A DNA stretch of 64,000 nt from Felis catus (lineage: Eukaryota), in NCBI RefSeq assembly GCF_018350175.1, contig NC_058368.1, forward strand, positions 127,908,001-127,972,000, given 5' to 3'. This document shows positions 51,997 through 64,000 of the stretch, one piece after another. The translations under genes and the position numbers were made by a program. The notes beneath the pieces are model-generated. The model was not told the origin of the DNA, ran no database searches, and worked only from the letters and a program-made list of their open reading frames with translations. Numbering within the stretch: position 1 is the stretch's first letter; every line of letters starts with the position of its first letter.

Positions 51997-52235
51997 GGGG
52001 CGCCTGGGTGGGTCAGTCGGGTAAGCATCTGACTCTTGATTTCAGCTCAAGTCATGCTCTACGGTTTCTGGGTTCAAGCCCCACATCAGGCTCTACGATG
52101 AAAGCACAGAACCTGCTTAAGATATTCTCTCTCTCCCTCTTTCTGACCTGTTCCCTCTCTCTCCCTTCTCTGCCTGCCTCTTTCTACCCTCTTCCTCTCT
52201 CTTTCAAAGATAAATAAACTTTAAAAATTAAAAAA
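51997..52235 (+). mobile_element. CAN-SINE (older, diverged)
   Basis: GGGGCGCCTGGGTGGGTCAGTCGG head, CT linker and A tail; degenerate TSD aaaaactcagtcacag / aaaaagtctgtaacag. Confidence 0.92.
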
Positions 52236-53519
52236 AAAAGTCTGTAACAGAAAGATGTGTTGGCAGTTCGGTAATTTGTACGCATGTCACCTCCTATTTT
52301 AATGAACCAATATATCATGACAGAAGGAACTCCCGGATCCAAGCCATGGCCCTTTATTTTATCTAATAATCCATACAACCAAACACCAACCAGGAAAACA
52401 AATTAATTTAGACATTCCCTCGAAGTTTGTTCAATTTCTGTGGTCAGTTATTAAACACACTCTGTACTCCAAGAACCGGCACACTTCTGGGCACCTTCTC
52501 ATTTTTTAAGAAACCCTACTGAGCACACTAGACTTTCCTCTCCACACACTCCAGCATTGCTCACCCTTAAAAGTCTGCTAGTTATTCTGTAGAAAGAATC
52601 TGAGATGGCCTTGGGCCATCACAAAAGAATCACGGGTTGCAACACAAAGCATTCTCATTCTAGAGAAATGTGTTTGCATTTGTGGTTTTTATGATGCCTT
52701 CAAATAAATGTTCCTACGTCACAAATGCATCTGTTGGGATGCCTTCCCCCCCTCCCTCCGGGTAAATTAACAAAGGGACATGTTCTTAGAGCTTGCCTCA
52801 TAGAAATTAACAGTCTACTTTCATCCTTGCCTTGGGTAGCTTTCTTCGGGTTGCTCTATTTGCTTATGCTTTCATTTATAAGCTAATACAGATCTAAAAA
52901 TCATCACTAATTTGGCACCTTAAGAACAATAAATAGGTAACTGGAAAGGAGGCTTACTCTACCTCAGGGCCCTGGGGGTGTTCACTTAAAATAAATTCTG
53001 AAGGAAAGAAAATTAGAGACATAAACTAGGGTAGACAGCTCATAGAAATCATGTCTTACTGATCAAGTATTCACATTTATTCACCATGTACGTAAACTTT
53101 TGGAATGTGACTGATTGAAGTATGCAACGACATAAACTCAGTTTATCCTTTTGGACTTGCCCAGAAAACTCAGTATACTAGACTTAACTGTCTTCAGTTT
53201 CAATTTTTAATCACAGAATTTCTGCATCAATCCAAATATCAGAGTTTCCAACATCACACCATCAGGCTTATACAAATGAATGGTAAGGCACATAAACTGG
53301 CTGAAAGAGAATTCTCATCAAATGTCAACTAGGCCACACAGACGAACAAGTCTTCATTTGTTAATAATCTGCATACAGTCCCAAGAAGCGAAAGTTAACC
53401 AAGGGTTCCCACAAGCCTGATCATGACAACACAGTATTAAAATCTAAAGAAACAGTAAAATATATATGTGTGTGTGTGTACACATTTTTAGAAAAGAAAT
53501 GAAAACAAAAGGTACTTAC

Positions 53520-53561
53520 ACTTTTGCTCCGAGAAAGCAGATCACAGGTATTTCTTTTCAT
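53520..53561 (-). CDS. PDE4D: First coding segment of cAMP-specific phosphodiesterase 4D, long isoform PDE4D7 (MKRNTCDLLSRSKS), followed by a phase-0 intron
   Basis: Minus strand reads ACACCACC ATG AAA AGA AAT ACC TGT GAT CTG CTT TCT CGG AGC AAA AGT | gtaagtacc. The peptide matches the PDE4D7-specific N-terminus as I recall it. There is A at Kozak -3, an in-frame TAA 12 nt upstream of the ATG, and a consensus donor. Confidence 0.93.
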
Positions 53562-53653
53562 GGTGGTGTTTTAAGTAATTCAAATGGACAAGAGTCGCTT
53601 CCAATGTCACTGAGCTCACTGCAACAATTATCCACTCAAAAGCCAACTGGATT
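53520..53653 (-). other. PDE4D: PDE4D7 start-codon exon (92 nt 5'UTR + 42 nt CDS); an internal exon, so the non-coding first exon lies upstream
   Basis: Acceptor catttccttgcctttctcttcag|AATCC (AG at 53655-53654) and donor AGT|gtaagt (GT at 53519-53518). No upstream ATG in the UTR portion. Confidence 0.88.
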
Positions 53654-54731
53654 CTGAAGAGAAAGGCAAGGAAATGTTTAATCAAGTATATGATTAACAT
53701 GTGCACTTTGAAATGCTGTCTTAGATTAGGACAATAATTCTTAAAGTATTCAGCAGAACAAGCTAAAATGGTGCTGTGTTTAAATCAACAAAAGTACACA
53801 CAAGCAGCGTTTCCAAAAGAGCTTTTGTCAAATATAAGTTAGAGATTTCAAGCACCATCTGTTTTCCATTAAGTCTTCCAGTCTACATTTTTTAGTGGCT
53901 TACAAACCAATATGTACAGTGGCCACAACTTAGATTTACACATATGAGATGAAGATGCAGGCTGAACTGTGTGCTGATGCCACCTGGTACAGCGCCCCCC
54001 CACCACCACCACTTGCCACTCAGGATTCATCAAGGTATGGCCACCATCAGGGGAATCTTAGCACATCTGAAAGCCCTCTGACCACGGCATGGTGGCTTCC
54101 TGTATCACCTTTAGCGATAACCCACAGCACAAAGGTTCTTCAGTCAATTTAGGGAGTTCTCTACTCTTTGGCTTCCAAGATGTTGCAAGAAACAGTGGGA
54201 GAAACAGTCTACCTGGTCAAGCAAAACTATTGTTTCTAAGAATGACACAATAGCCTTATCACCTTACCTTACTTCCCAGGAGACACTAAGAAAGAGACTC
54301 TCTATTTCAAGTTTTGAGGAAAGAGCAAATAGACTATCATTCTGATATTCAGCTAGAATCTGGGCATGATGTACATATTCACAAGGTATATTTGCATGTG
54401 GGCTGAAATGCCTTTTAGGAAAGAAGTCACACTAAGGGAAAGGGGATAAAGCAAACAAGCTGGCCCAAAACACAAACATGCTGACGTTGTAGATGTACAC
54501 TGACATTGTAGGAGCAGACTGATTCTAACAAAAGCATGTATTCTATCATTTGGGTTTCTTCTAAATTTCTCAAAAGACTCAGGTCTGAGATTTAAGGAAA
54601 AGAATAACAGTGAGCAAAGTCTGAAGGAGTTTGTTTTACTAAAATGATTGAAAAATCTCAAAGTGCAGAAGTGTGTGAGTTATACATACAAAAATATAAA
54701 TACATTCAAACAAAGTAACTGTGTATACTTT

Positions 54732-54734
<3 letters not shown>

Positions 54735-54778
<44 letters not shown>
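54735..54778. repeat. (CA)n microsatellite about 1.1 kb upstream of the PDE4D7 exon acceptor
   Basis: About 22 perfect units. Confidence 0.98.
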
Positions 54779-54781
<3 letters not shown>

Positions 54782-56165
54782 CCAAGGAAGACAGCTTCTA
54801 GGAACACAGCAACTGTGCAGTTCCCTAGAGAAGGCCAGCCCTCAGCAGCAGGGGAACCCACTGGTCCCCCCTACACCACTGGAGAGGAACCTTCCCCAAG
54901 GTTTCCAGCAAATGCACTGGCAGACTCGTAAGCCTCAAAGACTTGTTTTGAACACGTGTGAATTCCCCCTAAAGACGTATGACCCTAAAAGGCAGATACT
55001 TTCAGGGAGGCCAGAGATCCCTCAACAGCGAGGTACTGCTAGAATCAGAGAAATCCAGTTTATTACTACTAACAATGTCCCAAGGCACAACTGGAGAGAC
55101 CCAAAGGGCACTGAGGCACAAAGTCTTCTTCCAAGATTAATGAAAAGGCTTGCCTGAGGTAAGCGAAACGTGCACAATCAAATGTGAGTTGCTAGATAAA
55201 TACAGTCTCTTGGAGTGTGTGTGGATTATTTTTAAGGGAGTGGGGGAGGGCAGGAAGACATGATCCACAAATGCAAATTTCCCAGCTGGTATACCTCCAG
55301 GAATTTAGTCACCCTTCCTGACTGGTTCTAATCCCAAGCATTTTATAAGTGCTCAGAAAATGTGAAATTGTATTACCCACCTAGAATTAACTTAAGAAGT
55401 GGACAGAAATAATACAAACTGACAACTAAATATTCCACACCTAGGGAGAAAATAAAATCCAACTAAAAGCTGTGGGAAGCATATACGCTCTCAGAGAAAA
55501 ACTCATTCAAAATATTTAATTACTCAGTATTTAATGAGTACTCTTAGGGGCAACCAGGGAATAGTCAGCTGCCCCTAGTGGGCTAGTAACTCAATGGTTT
55601 TAAATTAACAAATCAGTCAAAACAGACAAATCATGGAATTGACCTGATAAGATCTGATGAAATAATCAACTTGTTAACAAATTTGCTTTGACATCACTTA
55701 AAGACTTTCCTATAGAAATGTGAGTAGGCAAATGGGTTTAATTGAGAACTGACTGCTGATGGGCTGGACCTTCTCAGCCTGTATATTTGGGAGGCAACAT
55801 GGTCTGGCTAAAACAGTAGGGGCCTCGAAACCAAATAGGCGTAGGTTAGGGTTTCAGCTCCCCAAAGGCATTCGGTGTGGCTTTCGTCAAGCTACTTAAC
55901 CCCTCTGATCTTTTTTGAGATCTACAAAAGGGAGGTAATAATATTCATGTGTGTTTGAGTTTAAATGAGCTAATGTGTATAAAACAGTGTCCAGATGAAT
56001 GCTTGGCTCACATCATCACCACCATCATCATCATCCTTCTTCTCTTAATATCAAACGGCAAATAAAAACAACCCATTCTTTTTTCTTTTCTCTTAAATGT
56101 GCCAAACTCCCTCAAATAAGACAGACCTAGGCAGATGTACTTTCAACTAAACAGTAATGAATAAT

Positions 56166-56644
56166 GTATCAGTTAAGATCCCAGGAGTAAATAGACAGCA
56201 CACTCATATTAGGATCCTTCAAGGAGGGTTTGGTAAAGAGACTATTTAAGATGATGGTAGGGTAGAAGAATCTACAAAGGATAAGTGAAGTTCTTGGAAC
56301 AAGCAATAATAGAGTTTCCACCACCCTCAAAAGGGACAAGGAGAGGGGTGGGTCCCTGATACAGGAGAAGAGTGTCACAAAGTGGGTTGCCTTGGAAAAG
56401 GTTATTCTCTGGGACACCACTAGCCTCAGTTGACCCTGAAAGGAAGGAAATAAGGACATGAATATGATCTCATCCTCCTCTGATCTCCTGCTGGGACTCC
56501 CCACTGGCCAAATGCAAAAGAGCCAGAGGGCAAAGGAAGCTGCTGCTGTCCACCTCACCGGTCAACCTGCTAGGGCAGAAAGTGTCCTAGAGAAGAGTGA
56601 GGAGGAAAGCAGAGCAGGAGGGGACATGAGAGACAGGGCACACA
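56166..56644 (-). mobile_element. Old ERVL/MaLR-class solo LTR
   Basis: TGTATCAGTTAAGATCCCAGG start, ...tctgatctcctgctgggactccccactggccaaat...agccagagggcaaagg... interior, ends in CA. Confidence 0.6.
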
Positions 56645-57510
56645 AATGGGATCTAGAGTCCAGGAAGAGGATCACATTTTTCTGCTCATTTCATCATAAG
56701 GCAAATATATTTTATCTTTAATCCTCCCAATACCCTGTGAGGTAGATATCATTAATGCATCATCCCCATTGGACAATGGAAGAAATCACCTCCAAGAAGT
56801 GAAATGCCCAGTAAATAACAAAACCAGGATTCAAACTTGATTTCTCTGACTCCCATGATTTTGTCTATGCTGCCAGCATGCTATGCTGCCAATACCATGA
56901 ACCAGTGCGCTTTAATGACAAACAAATGGTAAATTTCTGCAAATAGCTAAGCTGTGCCCAAAGAATTTTTGATTAAAAAAAAAAAAAGCTTTCTCTCAGG
57001 AAGGGAGTTATCTGAGTTCCTACAAATTCCTCCCTCAGCAAAGATAATGCCGTGAGACAGCAGAAACGCTTGCTCCCTCCAGGTGCACTAAACAGAAAAC
57101 CAGGTGAGAGAACACTTGCACACGCAATTTCATTACTATAGGAGTTTCCACATAAAAGTTAATTAGGGAGAAGGAAGAGTCAGCTCCTGCCGAGGAAACA
57201 CTCAGAGACAGAATCTGAGCTAGCACACCTGTATAAATTCCTCTGCTTTGATGAAAGGATAAGGGAGTTAAGACAGGTTCTTTCCTAGAGATTAAGGACT
57301 TAGAGAGTGGAAAAAGCCCTGAACTGGCCATCAAAAGAAAGAAGTTCCACTTTCATCAATGTGTCATATACACATGCTGGGTGGTATTCGGAAAATCCCT
57401 TCTCTTTTTTCCTCTATCAGTGGCTTGCTCCTCTGTAAAGAGGAGATAACAGTATCTCCACAACCCATCACGGGGTTGTTAAGGGGATCGATTAGATAGT
57501 GTCTCACAAA

Positions 57511-57586
57511 GTGAAGCCTGCTTGGAATTCTCTCTCTGGTCCTCCTCCACTCATGTGTGCACTCTGTTCTGTCTCAAAATAAACAA
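57511..57586 (+). mobile_element. Isolated 76-bp CAN-SINE 3' fragment inside a MIR
   Basis: Near-identical to 59661-59738; no head, poly-A or TSD. Confidence 0.9.
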
Positions 57587-59551
57587 TGGTGACACCCTAA
57601 ATGAGTGAAAAGGTACTAATTACTTGCAAATGTTAGAGAGACTGCTGAATATATTTGATGGAGTTTAGAGGAGTTTTTTTTATTCTTCACCTCTTTGGTA
57701 ACTAATATTTTTTTTCTACATAGTAAGTAATTTCATATAGTGACTGGTGAATTAAGCAACCACTCAGATGCATTAATTTAAAAAAAATGTATTGGGGATC
57801 ATGTATGTGCCAGGCATTCTACTAATCTTCAGACAACCACCAAATTTTATAGATTCAGAGAAGGACAGTTTGAATGCAGATGCCTATGAATGATCAAAAG
57901 ATAATCAGTTAAGTTTGTCTCCAACTTAGTCTCCTCAACACCCCAGCAAGATCTATTTTTCTGGGACTATATAAATTAAACATCAAAATGAAATCAGGAT
58001 AGAAAGTCTCTTTCCTGGATTAAATTCTAATCCAAAAAGAAAAATAAGTAGATATGGCATGCTTTAAAAAAAAAAAAAAGAATTCTGATCACTGTAAAAG
58101 ATAACCCAAAGAAGTACAATAAAAACAGACTCAATTTCTCAAGGATCATCCACCAAAATATGTACAAGCAAGAAACTGGGAGGCAGCAATTCAAGAATTA
58201 AATACTCAAAAAGTTAAAAGAAGCTTATAAGTAAAAAGCAGATTTTTCAGAGGGAAGTTTGACCTAATCCCATAGGCTCCTAAGTGCCCACTAATTTTAC
58301 CCTGTCCGTACAGAAGATAGGTAACATGCATACTCGCCCCAGTGTCCTTTGGCTAAATCTGCACAAAGACAAAGAAATAAAGTCCCTTATAGTGCCTCAT
58401 ACCTTCTAAAGATATAAATTAACAGAAAGGACTCCTCCTTGGAATAGATCTGAGGGTGACCCCAGAGTCTGCCTTCTATTTATACCCTGCCTCTTTTCTC
58501 CAACGTGCCCTGTGAAAGCTGTGCCTTACTGAGCTCTGGCCAGAAACTATATAATCTGATATCTACAATGAGCTTGTGGTACAAATGAGGAAACTGAGGT
58601 ACAGGAAGGTAAATAATTTGCTTAAAGTCACAGGACTACGTGGAACAACACAGGATGCTGCCTTATGCACTGATTTTCCTAAAACTCACTCCACAGGGCA
58701 ACTCAGAGTGCCCAATAGAGTTCAACAGCTTAGCTCTGGCAGAAGTTGTACAATCTGTTGGTAACACAAGGATGGCCCTGTAGAGTTAGGTTGTAGGTCA
58801 GGCTTTTCAGGCACCATTCAGCTACCTCACAGAAGCCAGGGTGATGGGTCTCAACCAGAGGGGTCAGGTGACCTGTGAGGTACACATTTAATATGATCTC
58901 ATCTCACACTCTAGGTCCCAACACCAACCCACAAACCCTCCACCCTAGTCTGAATGGTTTAATCTTTCCAACAACTGCGACACGTTCATTTCCCCTCCTA
59001 GCCCTTAACTCTTCTATTCTTCAAAGTCCAGCAGGTCCTTCTTTCTAATGACAACTGACATTGCAATTCACCTAGCTTTCTACTTTTTCTGAATTCCAAT
59101 AAGAAAGGCTACGTTGTGCCATGTTATCATCTGCTATCTTGCCTGGTGTCCCTAATTGTTTTATGGGTTTAATCTTTCCTTCCACAACTGTAACTTGAGT
59201 AAGGCACATTTTAAGGCCTTTTCCATACTGCAAGTTTTATAATTATAAAATACAGATTACTAAGGTTGAAAGCAATTCATTATCATTCTTTTGCCTTCTC
59301 CACAAGGCTTAGCATAACACTGAACCCCTAGAAACTACTCAATAAAATATATTAAAAATAGAAGTATAAGTCCATTAAAAATCATTTTAATAGGTGGTAT
59401 AAAATTTGAAATAAAATTTTATCAAAATGTGGAAAATACTCCTTTTTAATATTCATCAAAGAAATGAAAATTAAAATCCCAAGATTTCTGTTGTATTGCC
59501 TACAAATTAACAAAGTTAAGGGTTTGGTTTTTTTTTAAATAAAATACTTAA

Positions 59552-59757
59552 GGGGTGCCTGGGTGCTCAGTCAGTTGAGTATCCGACTCTTGATTTCAGC
59601 TCAGGTCATGATCTCATGGTTCATGAGTTCAAGCCCTGTGTTGGGCCCTGTGCTAAAAATGTAAAGCCTGCTTGGGATTCTCTCTCTCTGGTCCTCCCCC
59701 ACTCATGTGCGCACTCTGTTCTGTCTCAAAATAAACAAACATTTAAAAAATTAAAAA
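59552..59757 (+). mobile_element. CAN-SINE inserted in an old L1 3' fragment (about 59430-60270)
   Basis: GGGGTGCCTGGGTGCTCAGTCAG head and A-rich tail; degenerate TSD AAAAT(A/T)CTT. Flanks carry L1M 3' motifs. Confidence 0.92.
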
Positions 59758-60622
59758 AATTCTTGATAATGGTGTACAATATGATGAACTATGCATTTCA
59801 TATATTGCTTATAAGCTTTCTTTAGAAATAAATTTGATTAATTACCAGAAGTTATAATGATGCTATATATTTTTACATAGTAATTCAGAAAAGCAACCTG
59901 AAATATGGCAAGTGCTTTATATGCAAATGTGTTCCCAACAATGGTACGTACAGTAATGAAAATTTAAAAACAATTTAGATGTCCAAGAGTAAGGGAATAG
60001 CTAAATAAAATATGAGAAACCTCATAATATACTATATAATTAAAAATATGTATAGTACAAGATATTTTTAATTACATGGAAAAAGGTTTTTCTGCTATAA
60101 TGTTAAACGACATAAGCAGGATTAAAGTTGCAGATATAGCATATTTTTATAAAAAGTTATACACAGAGAAAAGACTGGAAAGAAATATAGGAAAATATTA
60201 GTGGCAGTATTTAGGTAGATGTTTCTACCTTTCTTTCTATATCCCTCAGCTTCTTAAATTTCAACATTTGGGAAAAATTAACACTTAAAAGTCAAGTTAA
60301 AAGAAAGTACTTGAGTGAGTTTGGAACAGGTCATTGATCCTCTCTTCCTACTTCAAAGCATCCTTTAAGTGGTAAGCTTTTGTTGGTGTAATTGTTAGGA
60401 GTTTAGTGCACTGCATGTCCATTAATTTGAGCATTTGTTTTTGTATGCCCAACTATGCTCTTTTATGCAACATGCTAGACGTGGCCTTTTGGGAATCTAT
60501 AAACTGGGAAGAAGCTTAGTTGGAAAGGGATGGCCAATATTAAGTTCTCGCTCACTGGCTCTGCTATTTCTTCTTCCATTTGGGTGTCAGTTGATCTCTT
60601 TTGGCCTCAGTCATGGTGACTA

Positions 60623-60623
<1 letters not shown>

Positions 60624-60668
<45 letters not shown>
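60624..60668. repeat. (CA)n microsatellite
   Basis: About 22 perfect units. Confidence 0.98.
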
Positions 60669-60670
<2 letters not shown>

Positions 60671-60979
60671 CTTCAGGCTCTGCTTCTCCTAGAAAATCAG
60701 TTACTGAGGTTCCCCATATGCTAGTTTCCAATAATACAAAACAACATACGGAACGCAGACAAATGCAAATTAGGAATCCACAAACAAGAGATTTGGGTTT
60801 TGTAGGACTGACAAGAGCTCAAGCCACAAAACATTTTCATTTGCATTATAAATTGGGGAAAAAAAGCATGGGTGAGGAAATGCTTGTCACTATTTGCAAT
60901 AAAAATATTCATAAAGTAATAAATGAATGGTTGAACTCTTTACCTCAGATGAGCTTCAACAATCTTACCTTTTGAATGA

Positions 60980-63100
<2,121 letters not shown>

Positions 63101-64000
63101 CTGCTTCCCTTGACTAGAATTACAAGAAGCAATGCACATTTTGTCTCTAGACTAGGAAGAATCAAATATTTTCTTTTGTAGTTTATACCCATACAAAACC
63201 ATCATCCTATTCCCTTCTCCTCCCACAATATGTTAACAGTAGTCCCTCTTACTCATTCACCAGGCATTTACTAGGCACCTGAGGTATGCAATGCACTGTG
63301 CCAAGGTCGAGGGCTACAAAGATAAACATGATAAAATGTCTCTCCACAAGGAGCTCACAGACTAGTGGGGGAGAGAGAGAGATAGTACATTTCACTAAGT
63401 GCTCTAATGGAGGCTCAGAATAGCTGGTGTGGGACCCAGAAGAGGCAGAAAGTGATTCATACACCTAATGGCTTCAAAGTCTGTTCTGAGTTATTCTGCT
63501 GTTACGAACACTTTGCTTTAAGTTATTCAAATGCCATTTCATAGACTGATATTTTTCCCCAAGTAGAGGAAAAGCAACACTACAGTAGGGACTGGTAGTA
63601 CCTTTCATCTCTTTTGTACAACTTGTCAGATCTCTGTCCCTAAAGACAGGTGGCTATAGAATTCTACACCCAGAAACTGTTGTGCAAATGCCTGTTGAAT
63701 GAACACGTGCAGGTGATAACCCTTACATAAGAGAACAGAAGCCACTTTTAACTTCAGCATAAATTTATGATAAAATAATCAACATTTTGGAAGATAGAGT
63801 ACATCATGTGGCTCCCAAGGTAACCCAATTCTTCACTTCCAAGGGTATGGATATGTGAAAATTTCAACACTCGCCTTATTTCAAAATAGTCCAGCTGAGT
63901 CATTTAGCAGCAAATAAATTACATTTCTTTTTGGATTCCATGCTTTGTGGCCTTTCCCACCCCCCCCCCACCTGAAATAATTGCAGCTCTCTAAAACACA

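Larger units (their letters stand above)
1..53519 (-). other. PDE4D: PDE4D intron downstream of the PDE4D7 start exon (continues beyond the window)
   Basis: Begins with GTAAGT at 53519. I did not find the next expected PDE4D7 coding sequence (ASEETLHS...) in the window. The region is repeat-rich. Confidence 0.8.

Noticed and set aside
54648..55157. 169-aa plus-strand ORF near the PDE4D7 exon
   Set aside because: It is extended by a (CA)n microsatellite, runs antisense to PDE4D, and has no recognisable domain.

Overview
This is AT-rich, repeat-dense mammalian genomic DNA from a carnivore, almost certainly a felid, judging by about 20 tRNA-derived CAN-SINEs of the SINEC_Fc type. The window lies inside the very large PDE4D gene on the minus strand. 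The only coding sequence I can support is a 134-nt exon (53520-53653) with a strong acceptor, a GTAAGT donor and a Kozak ATG. It encodes MKRNTCDLLSRSKS, the N-terminus of the long isoform PDE4D7. The rest is intron filled with CAN-SINEs, a 5'-inverted L1, older L1, L2, L3 and MIR fragments, MaLR-type LTRs, hAT and Tigger MITEs, and microsatellites. Nearly all ORFs in the supplied track are repeat-derived or chance. I found no convincing new multi-gene system. The best second-look items are: a 76-bp SINE fragment apparently copied from a neighbour 2.15 kb away, a clear twin-primed L1 with its TSD, two frame-preserving candidate cassette exons downstream of the PDE4D7 start exon (unproven, and pseudo-exons are common here), and a duplicated compound polypurine tract. 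Repeat family names come from recalled consensus sequences, and boundaries of old repeats are approximate.
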